Source: Alphaproteobacteria bacterium (GTDB lineage: Bacteria; Pseudomonadota; Alphaproteobacteria; Micavibrionales; SZUA-601). Taken from it: a stretch of DNA of 64,000 nt. The position numbers and the translations under genes were made by a program. The stretch spans positions 1,096,765-1,160,764 of the forward strand of contig OZ244156.1 in assembly GCA_965216395.1 (NCBI GenBank), in the 5' to 3' direction. How positions within the stretch are numbered: position 1 is the stretch's first letter; the number at the start of each line of letters is the position of its first letter. Shown here piece after piece: positions 1 to 7,318 of the stretch. The notes beneath the pieces are model-generated. The model did no database searches, was not told the origin of the DNA, and saw nothing but the letters and a program-made list of their open reading frames with translations.

Positions 1-749
1 TTAGAAAATTCCAACGCCTTATATTGCGCTGTGTTTTGTAAAGTTTCTAAAAGAGCTTGCCTGTCTACTAGACTTGGGAGTGCGCTTAAATCAAAGTTCA
101 CATCAAGATTACTAGTATCTGTAATATCGAGTATACGCGCCAAATCATTTTTGGCAGTAATCACGTCCTTTTCAGCTTTACGTTTTGCAACTTCTGCTGC
201 CGCTTGTTCTATATCGGCTTTGGTATGTTGAATATCAGCTGATTTAGCCGCACTAACACGTTTTTTAACGATACTATGTGTTTTGTTGGCTAAGCTGAGG
301 CGCTTATTTGCAAGATTGATACGTTCTTGTGCGACTGCCAGTCGGGCAAAAGCATAATCAGTTTCAGCAAGAAGACTTAAAGTTTGTGCTTTAGCTTGTT
401 GCTGAGTGATTTTATATGTGAGGTTGGCGATATCTTTACGATTTTTCCGCTTACCACCCATCTCAATGGTCTGTTCAATTCCAAGCGTAATGTCAGCTCC
501 ATCAAAGCCAGATAGCTCATCTGTTCCAGCAAAGTTTTCTACCTCAAAAATTGCATCAGGATTTAACGGTAGCGAGGCTTGCTGTCTATTGCCATCGGCT
601 GCGTCAATATCAGCTAATGCTGCCATATAAGTTGGGTTGTTTTGTAATACCCTTTGAAGCGCTGTTTCTTTATTTAATGTTTCTGCACCAGCATCATTTG
701 GTTGCAAAAGCAGTAAAGAAAGTGCGCAGGTGTAAAGTATTTTTTTCAT
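1..749 (-). CDS. Outer-membrane efflux factor, TolC/OEP family (CzcC/CusC-like); N-terminal ~249 codons, continues past the left window edge
   Basis: Absent from the ORF track because it is open at the edge. Reverse complement from the ATG at 749-747 reads MKKILYTCALSLLLLQPNDAGAETLNKETALQRVLQNNPTYMAALADIDAADGNRQQASLPLNPDAIFEVENFAGTDELSGFDGADITLGIEQTIEMGGKRKNR... with no stop down to position 1. This is a signal peptide followed by the typical first repeat of OEP-family proteins. Confidence 0.6.
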   Translation of the reverse strand, partial: MKKILYTCALSLLLLQPNDAGAETLNKETALQRVLQNNPTYMAALADIDAADGNRQQASLPLNPDAIFEVENFAGTDELSGFDGADITLGIEQTIEMGGKRKNRKDIANLTYKITQQQAKAQTLSLLAETDYAFARLAVAQERINLANKRLSLANKTHSIVKKRVSAAKSADIQHTKADIEQAAAEVAKRKAEKDVITAKNDLARILDITDTSNLDVNFDLSALPSLVDRQALLETLQNTAQYKALEFS

Positions 750-891
750 TCTATTAGTTCCTTGTTGAATAAATCAGGACACAAGGTAACGCTGAACACA
801 AACAGCGCGTCTTGTGAAAGCAATAAGGTCGTAAGAGTGTCCTCTGCTAATGACGTTAGGTCAAAAGAAGATGAGCTTAGCCTTGAAAAAA

Positions 892-1257
892 TTAAACTTT
901 GGGGGGGCGTTTTAATGAGTAGATAAGGTTTGATGCAAACAAAGTTGTATCAGGTATAAGTATCTTATCTTTGTCAGAAGTATCAATAGATTTGGCATCA
1001 GACAAGTTAGTAGCATGATGAACACAGCATCCAGCGCATGACATCTCACAGCCTTTGCTGCCTAAAGAAGTGCTATCTTGGTCATCAACATCAATGCTTA
1101 TAGAGATTTCTGTGTTTGTATCAACGCTAGCATGAACGTGCGATACGCAGACCATCACAGAGAGGATCATAGCAAACGCAGATAGCACTAAGAAAAATTT
1201 ACTCATATAGAAAAAACTAACATTAAAAAGTAACAGTTGTCGATTCAAATAACTCAT
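892..1257 (-). CDS. Small secreted Cys/His-rich protein, possible periplasmic metal-binding partner of the efflux system
   Basis: ORF track. An internal start at 1206 (MSKFFLVLSAFAMILSVMVCVSHVHA) gives a clean signal peptide. The mature part carries CEMSCAGCCVHH. It lies directly upstream of, and co-oriented with, the OEP gene. A G7 run at 901-907 sits in the last codons. Confidence 0.4.
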   Translation of the reverse strand: MSYLNRQLLLFNVSFFYMSKFFLVLSAFAMILSVMVCVSHVHASVDTNTEISISIDVDDQDSTSLGSKGCEMSCAGCCVHHATNLSDAKSIDTSDKDKILIPDTTLFASNLIYSLKRPPKV

Positions 1258-1444
1258 TCGCTACCTTAAGTCAAATAGTTACAAAAACCTTTAATTATTT
1301 TTCCACACTTCATATTATCACACAAACTATGGTAAATACTGTTGTTATTCATTGATTTAAAATAAAAAATTACATTACTTTTAAAAATGTATTTTCACTG
1401 CTTATTGTCATTTTGATAAGTTCGTTATTGAACTTGACGTCACC

Positions 1445-1780
1445 CTAAACAAGATTTGAAACCTCTGCTGTCATAAATTGTCTTAAAGTTAAATATGCGT
1501 TTTTTACTAAAAAAAGATCTCTTTGAACGTCAGGGTTTTTTCCTCCATGAAATAAATTGTTTCTAACTGAATACCAAAACTCAACCATATTACCCCAATC
1601 ATTAAGCGATAATACTTCACCTTTTTGAATACTATTTTCTTGATTGGGTTGATCACCTGAACTATTCCACCATTTATCAATTTGCTGGTCATCCATGTCA
1701 TGTGAACTATTGTGTAGTGGCTTAGATTTAAGTTCAGAGATAATTTCAGTCCAAGTATCTTTCAAAAAATCATCTTCCAA
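1445..1780 (-). CDS. HEPN-like C-terminal half of a split gene (Rx4H motif)
   Basis: Contains EFWYSVRNNLFHGGKN, i.e. the R-x4-H HEPN signature in a helical context. There is no ATG start (the track start is TTG) and no SD. It overlaps the upstream ORF by 19 nt in the -1 frame at an A7 tract. Confidence 0.55.
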   Translation of the reverse strand: MEDDFLKDTWTEIISELKSKPLHNSSHDMDDQQIDKWWNSSGDQPNQENSIQKGEVLSLNDWGNMVEFWYSVRNNLFHGGKNPDVQRDLFLVKNAYLTLRQFMTAEVSNLV

Positions 1781-2184
1781 TATTTTTTTATGTAAGATTC
1801 TTGTCGCACAGTATCTTTTTTAAGGCATTGTATAACCTTCCGATCATTACTTTGATCAAGATACAGGTTATTTTTAATATGTGCGATAAATGAAAGATAT
1901 TCAAAAACAAATTTAGAGAAATAATCACCCTCACTTGCTTTTTCATGCCAGGCTATAATCAAAGGAGTATAACTTCTTAACTCATCGGAAATCATTTGAA
2001 CAACTTTGTTACACCTCTTACAATAATATTCCACTATACCAATATTCCACGCGCCGTAATCTCCAGACATTTCAGAGGCAATATAATCAGCCATCTGACC
2101 ATCTGTTGCATTATCATCAAGATCAGCCATTTCTTCACGTCGATCTATTTTAACAAGCCGCCTATGGCACAGATCACATTTCAT
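1762..2184 (-). CDS. Zn-ribbon-like N-terminal half of the split HEPN gene
   Basis: CDLC (residues 3-6) and CKRC (about residues 55-58) form a CxxC...CxxC pair. The ATG abuts the stop of the upstream 272-aa gene (TGA ATG). It ends in a stop just after an A_AAA_AAA heptamer. Confidence 0.5.
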   Translation of the reverse strand: MKCDLCHRRLVKIDRREEMADLDDNATDGQMADYIASEMSGDYGAWNIGIVEYYCKRCNKVVQMISDELRSYTPLIIAWHEKASEGDYFSKFVFEYLSFIAHIKNNLYLDQSNDRKVIQCLKKDTVRQESYIKKYWKMIF

Positions 2185-3003
2185 TCAAAACAAACTTGGC
2201 TGTAACGCTATTGGTGGGTGAAAAGTTCCAATAATAACATAGGGGTTTCGCGCTCTCCTTATATGCCACTCCCTCGTAGTTCCAAGAAAGAAATAAAGAT
2301 CTTTTTTAAGAGCAAAATCATCAAAATATTTCTCTTTTACTTTTTTAGAAGCGGCATCTGGTGTTGATTTTTTTAAGCAATTCCAATAAAGAGAACCAAC
2401 TTCCCAGTCCTCAATCATCAATGTACTTCTTTCACCAAGATCATCTTCAAATATATACGAGAATTTCTTAGGTAGCTTTGGCATCATTTTAAAGTCTTCT
2501 ATATTCTGATCTTCAAACAGACTGCCCTGCTTTAGTTGACTTAAAATGCCATTTACCTTGTGCTGAGGCCACTCTGGGTCAGCGTCTTCTATTATAAAAT
2601 CAACAATTTTAGATGGCTTAAATACGGCTAATGATATTTTATCTTTATGTGCTAGTGATATTATTTCTTTTTTATTAGTATAAACTTTTGTCTTTTCTAA
2701 AACTATTTTTTTTCTATCTTCCCACTCACGTGATGTACCTATTTTCTGAAGTAGTTTTATTTCTTGAGTATTAGGAACACGATAGCTTTCTGGCCTAGGG
2801 TCCCCCTTATTTTTCTCAACATCCACTTCAATCCATTGATACTTTGAATAGCGTTTATCTTCTTTAAGTAATCTAAAAGGTATTGGATAAAGCCTTATCC
2901 AAGAACCATCCTCTCTAAAGCCTGCCGTACAAGCAAGTTCTTTATACTTTTCTGAGATAGTAGGATAAGTTTTAACGGTAATTAAAACACGTTCTTTTAG
3001 CAT
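2185..3003 (-). CDS. Conserved hypothetical protein (272 aa), middle gene of the three-gene operon
   Basis: Long ORF with no competing frame. It is 14 nt downstream of the DUF488 gene and directly abuts the ZnR-HEPN gene. I could assign no catalytic motif. The N-terminus is LITVKTYPTISEKYKELACTAGFREDGSWIRLYPIPFR. Confidence 0.6.
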   Translation of the reverse strand: MLKERVLITVKTYPTISEKYKELACTAGFREDGSWIRLYPIPFRLLKEDKRYSKYQWIEVDVEKNKGDPRPESYRVPNTQEIKLLQKIGTSREWEDRKKIVLEKTKVYTNKKEIISLAHKDKISLAVFKPSKIVDFIIEDADPEWPQHKVNGILSQLKQGSLFEDQNIEDFKMMPKLPKKFSYIFEDDLGERSTLMIEDWEVGSLYWNCLKKSTPDAASKKVKEKYFDDFALKKDLYFFLGTTREWHIRRARNPYVIIGTFHPPIALQPSLF

Positions 3004-3017
3004 TATTTATCCTCAAT

Positions 3018-3938
3018 CTATATGTGATTAATTTTATAATCCCATTCAGGTCGATTGGATATTGCTTTAGCAACACGTCCTCTATGACACATACAATGGT
3101 CTGCTTCGAAACAAGTAATTGCAATACGTTTGTGTTTTTGAAAAATAGCTACAAGCTTATCTAAAGCATCTTCATTATCTCTAAGCGTCGTTTTCTCATA
3201 GTCATCAAAAAGACGGTTATAATCAGATTGCGTTTTTAGCTCTTGCCTTTTGTCTGAGACAATTCCTAGTTCTGGTATATGAATATATTCAATACCTAAT
3301 TTTTTAAGAGTCTCAGAAAGTGTAGTCTTAGAAAACCCATATTTGCGACTTAAAGGATTTTTCCTAACATCACACAAAACTTTAACATTATTTTTGATTA
3401 GGCGATTCAAGTAATTTTCAAAGGATTGACCCTCATAACCTATCGTGAAAAAAGCGTGACTTTCATCTACCGGCTTACTATTTTCAATAACAGATAATTC
3501 TTTATCTGACATCAAATCTTGAGAAATTTCACTGTTAATTGCGTAATAAGGGTAATTACGATAAATTTCTTTAATTAGATTTTCGCCACAAATATTTTTA
3601 TATTTATCTTTAAATAAAATAATCTTTTTCTTATCGTCGTTAGATACTTGATCAATATAGTTAGTATTTTCTTCAGCTAAACACCAGTTATCTTCTGGCA
3701 AGATAGCTCCAACCTCAGTTAAACGACGTCGATCTGCATAAGATTGAAATGAAAAACAGCCAAATCGGTAAGGAACAAACTCGTAGCTTTTATCTTTCTG
3801 ACAAATCTCTGTATACAAAAATAAATATTTTTGTAAATCCAAGCTAGATAAACGTCCCCCAAAAGCTTCTAACAAGGCTAGTAGTAGTTTTTGACGACCA
3901 AATAATGATTTTTTCTTCTTAATGCTCATGACAATCAC
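3018..3938 (-). CDS. DUF488-domain fusion protein (N-terminal wHTH/Panacea-like module plus C-terminal DUF488)
   Basis: The C-terminal ~150 aa (FFTIGYEGQSFENYLNRLIKNNVKVLCDVRKNPLSRKYGFSK...GIEYIHIPELG...RIAITCFEADHCMCHRGRVA) follow the DUF488/YeaO-like pattern (TIGH/Y ... DVR ... C-E ... CHR). The N-terminal part (LQKYLFLYTEI...YEFVPYRFGCFSFQSY) loosely resembles DUF4065/SocA-type antitoxin domains; this part is low confidence. Confidence 0.7.
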   Translation of the reverse strand: MIVMSIKKKKSLFGRQKLLLALLEAFGGRLSSLDLQKYLFLYTEICQKDKSYEFVPYRFGCFSFQSYADRRRLTEVGAILPEDNWCLAEENTNYIDQVSNDDKKKIILFKDKYKNICGENLIKEIYRNYPYYAINSEISQDLMSDKELSVIENSKPVDESHAFFTIGYEGQSFENYLNRLIKNNVKVLCDVRKNPLSRKYGFSKTTLSETLKKLGIEYIHIPELGIVSDKRQELKTQSDYNRLFDDYEKTTLRDNEDALDKLVAIFQKHKRIAITCFEADHCMCHRGRVAKAISNRPEWDYKINHI

Positions 3939-4022
3939 AATAGTAAGTTAACTTGTGTTTGTAAAAGGTTAAGTTATTAGCTTAATCAGTAGTTAAATAG
4001 TATTCTATACTTACAAAGTATA

Positions 4023-7000
4023 TTATATATTCTCTTCAATAAGTTTTATTTCATCAGGAGTGAGGTCAAACACTTTGTAAACAGCGTTGTTTAAATCACT
4101 TTCAATAGAGATAATATTATTTGATAATTCAGAAATTGCTTTGCGTTTTTCAGTAAGATATTCCTCCCATTCATCGCGTTGTTTAAGACTAAGCTCTTTC
4201 TTAAAAACTTTTTTAATCTGTTTTTGAAACTCTTTAAAACTCAACTCCCACCATGATTTCAGACTATTATTGAGTTTGTATTCTGTGTCGTCAGGTGCAA
4301 AATCATGGATACGGTTACGTACTTGTTCTTGCAATTCATAGCGCTTCTCTGCAGCAATTTGGGCATTTTCTGCCAAATTTTCGATATTATTTTTTTGTTT
4401 ATTTGTAGCATTAGGGATAGGTAATTTATTTATATAAACAGGTTTTGCTTCTAAATACCCACCTTGCCTTATAATTGCCATATCCTTTAAAACGAACCAA
4501 AGAACATTTGAATTTAATAAGCCGCATACATAATGGCTTGCTCCTGATAATATAGGAGATGGGGCATTAATATAATATTTCTTGTTGTCATAGGAAAACT
4601 GTGGTTTAGATTGCAAATTCCCCCATATAATTTTGGGCTTTTCAAATTCCGTGTGATATGCAACCGTATCTTGAATTTCATACCATTTGTAAGTCCCTGA
4701 CTTCCTACCTATCCATTTTTTGTCAGTTGGCCAATCTTTAGGTTTGGGCATTAGCCTTTCTTTGTGTTTTTCAAGGTATTCTTTAATTGCTGGATATTTT
4801 TCAATATCTATATTTCTCTTAGTAAAAATTAAATAGAGTTTACGAGGTTCTGAAACCCATTTTTTTAAGTCTTTTCCTTCAAGAAAGGGGTGAATAATAT
4901 CATTCGAATTATGGTCTTTTTCAACCAAATTTTTCTTTACTTGAGATGAAATCAAGAAAACATCATTGCACCCTGTAACAACGCCTCTGTATACCAATGG
5001 ATAAATAGTTTCTAGTTTTTGAGATTTCTTTTGAATTTTATAAATTAGCTCTTTTGTGAGTTCACTTTGCAGATTCCATTGATTTTCGTTAAACCATTCT
5101 TGAGGCATGGTTTTTGAACGTTCATTAAAAAGCTTAGAAATATCGTCCTCTGGTTTTTCAGTTATTTTTAAAAATTCTATTTTATGATCTTTCATCGGTA
5201 TTGCATTATCAATCACAAAGATCGCTGGATAAGTTGTTACACCTTCAAATAACTGCACATCTCCAAAGTCTATAATAGTATCTATCTTTGATTTTTTGCT
5301 TAAATACTTGCGTAAATTTTCTCCACTCCCTGTCTTAAAAAAAGTAGCGGAACTGATATATCCCAAACGCCCGATATTAGGTTTTAATATACGCAAACCG
5401 AGTTCAAAAAAATAACTATATAAATCTGCCACGCCATTATAAACCTCATAGCGTTTTTCAAGATACGGTTTCATAGGAGAAATTAATTCTTGCCGGACGT
5501 AAGGTGGGTTTCCTAATACAACATCAAAACCACCGTCCGCGAAGACATCGGAAAATGCCTCTTTCCATGAAAATGCTTGATAAGAATAGTTAGAGTCTTC
5601 AATCACGCTATCACCAACACGCAAATTATCATCTAAGGAATTTAAAACTTTTCCACGCTGGGCTGTTTTTAACCATAAGGAAAGTTTAGTTATTTCTATA
5701 GACTCAGCGTTTACATCAACACCGTATAGGTTGTTATTTAGTATCTCCTTATTAAGGTCGAATACGTCGCGAGTACCGCCTCGTAAATCCGCAATTCGTT
5801 GATTAACACGTTCATATTCAGCATGAAGGTAATCAAAGGCCGCAACTAAGAATGCACCAGAGCCACATGCAGGGTCAACAACACGAATGTTCTTTAATGT
5901 ATCTTGATATGCTCTCCAAAACTTCAGTTCGGCTGCCTTGGATTTCCATTTAACAAGAGGTTGCCCTACAGTCACACCTGCAGTAAAATATTGCCTGCTC
6001 CCTTTTGTAATAAACTCTACCATTAAAAGATTGCGGCGTTTTTCTATATATTCGCCTAAGGTTTTCTCTACGATAAAACGTGTTATTGAGTTGGGGGTAT
6101 AGACAACACCCTCCTTCTTCTTTTTACCGTCTTTTTTCTTAAGACTTAAATCTCCAAACTCTTTTAATGCCTCTATGTCAGAAATGGATTGCTCAAAAAT
6201 ATGACCTAGTATTGTAACACTAACTTCACTTTGAAAATCATACGCACCAATTTTGTTAAAACCTTGAAAAATGCTATCTGGTAATTTTAAACTATCTATT
6301 ATTTTGTTAGGCGCAAATAAACCGCCATTATATTTGGGTATATTAAGAGATTTGTTTCCCTTATCTATAAAAGTGAAAAGTGCCTTAAAATTTTCCCAAA
6401 TAGGTTTGGGATTGTATTTGTCTTTATGCCTATAAGCTTCGTTCAAACTATCTTCAGGAAGAAGTCCCTTATCTTCAGCAAAAGCAATAAACAAAATACG
6501 ATCTAAAATTAACTGTGCATAGCCAACAGCATCTTGAAATATAATAGTTGGATTATTATCTGTAATTGCATGAATCAGGTTATGGCGAATTACCTTATAA
6601 TCCTGATAAAGGCGATCAGTAATCTCTTTATCCTGTTTTTCAGACTGTTTTAACCACTCATAAGTTTGACCACCAAGCAAATTATCTTTGTTAAGAAGTA
6701 AGTAAAAACGTTTGTACTCTTCTGGTTCACTTAGTAGGTCAAGTGAAAAACGCTCATAATTTTGCCTACCATAACCTACGGCATATAAACGTATTTCCAA
6801 ATAATTAGAAATAATAACCCACTTAGCCCCTTTAGCATCCATAGCATAATCCCATGCTTGTTGCACTGGAGTTTTATTGCGGCCTGACATGATAGCGTCT
6901 AAAGATGTTTTTGCCCCTTTGAGCTCAAATGGTGCAAGACATGAGTTTTTCTCTGGTAAGTTTGGGTCAATAAAACTTCCTAATGCTAGGTCAACACGTG

Positions 7001-7247
7001 TTCCAGCTATTGGGTATTCTACAGCAACATCATAATTGCCTGATGTTGATCCGAATGGTTTATACCCTAATACTTGGGTAACAATATTTTCTGTAAAAAT
7101 ACCATGTAAAGAAGTTTCCTTTTGAAGATAGATACTGCCATCTTTAATTGAGTTGGCCCAATTTTCTAGTATTTTCAAATGACCCGATGGGATTTCTATT
7201 GGCTGTTTAAGTAATTTATTTATTACTTTTGGATGAAAAAGTTCCAT
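4023..7247 (-). CDS. Type IIG restriction-modification enzyme (single-chain PD-(D/E)xK nuclease, gamma-class N6-adenine methyltransferase and TaqI-like specificity domain)
   Basis: 1074 aa. N-terminal VDLALG...APFELKGAK (D...ExK). Methyltransferase motif I VVDPACGSGAFLVAAF and motif IV VLGNPPYV. The C-terminal region with WYEIQD...KIIWGNL is typical of Eco57I/MmeI-like target-recognition domains. Confidence 0.85.
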   Translation of the reverse strand: MELFHPKVINKLLKQPIEIPSGHLKILENWANSIKDGSIYLQKETSLHGIFTENIVTQVLGYKPFGSTSGNYDVAVEYPIAGTRVDLALGSFIDPNLPEKNSCLAPFELKGAKTSLDAIMSGRNKTPVQQAWDYAMDAKGAKWVIISNYLEIRLYAVGYGRQNYERFSLDLLSEPEEYKRFYLLLNKDNLLGGQTYEWLKQSEKQDKEITDRLYQDYKVIRHNLIHAITDNNPTIIFQDAVGYAQLILDRILFIAFAEDKGLLPEDSLNEAYRHKDKYNPKPIWENFKALFTFIDKGNKSLNIPKYNGGLFAPNKIIDSLKLPDSIFQGFNKIGAYDFQSEVSVTILGHIFEQSISDIEALKEFGDLSLKKKDGKKKKEGVVYTPNSITRFIVEKTLGEYIEKRRNLLMVEFITKGSRQYFTAGVTVGQPLVKWKSKAAELKFWRAYQDTLKNIRVVDPACGSGAFLVAAFDYLHAEYERVNQRIADLRGGTRDVFDLNKEILNNNLYGVDVNAESIEITKLSLWLKTAQRGKVLNSLDDNLRVGDSVIEDSNYSYQAFSWKEAFSDVFADGGFDVVLGNPPYVRQELISPMKPYLEKRYEVYNGVADLYSYFFELGLRILKPNIGRLGYISSATFFKTGSGENLRKYLSKKSKIDTIIDFGDVQLFEGVTTYPAIFVIDNAIPMKDHKIEFLKITEKPEDDISKLFNERSKTMPQEWFNENQWNLQSELTKELIYKIQKKSQKLETIYPLVYRGVVTGCNDVFLISSQVKKNLVEKDHNSNDIIHPFLEGKDLKKWVSEPRKLYLIFTKRNIDIEKYPAIKEYLEKHKERLMPKPKDWPTDKKWIGRKSGTYKWYEIQDTVAYHTEFEKPKIIWGNLQSKPQFSYDNKKYYINAPSPILSGASHYVCGLLNSNVLWFVLKDMAIIRQGGYLEAKPVYINKLPIPNATNKQKNNIENLAENAQIAAEKRYELQEQVRNRIHDFAPDDTEYKLNNSLKSWWELSFKEFQKQIKKVFKKELSLKQRDEWEEYLTEKRKAISELSNNIISIESDLNNAVYKVFDLTPDEIKLIEENI

Positions 7248-7318
7248 AATTTTCCTAAAAAATTTTAATATTCCTAAAATAATAAAAGCATTAATCTAGT
7301 AATACTTATATCTATAAT

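Noticed and set aside
31-757. Three + strand ORFs (31..231, 406..630, 551..757) from the track
   Set aside because: They are Ser/Ala/Leu-rich, low-complexity translations antisense to a much better minus-strand reading frame (the TolC/CzcC-like gene open to the window edge). I treat them as shadow ORFs.
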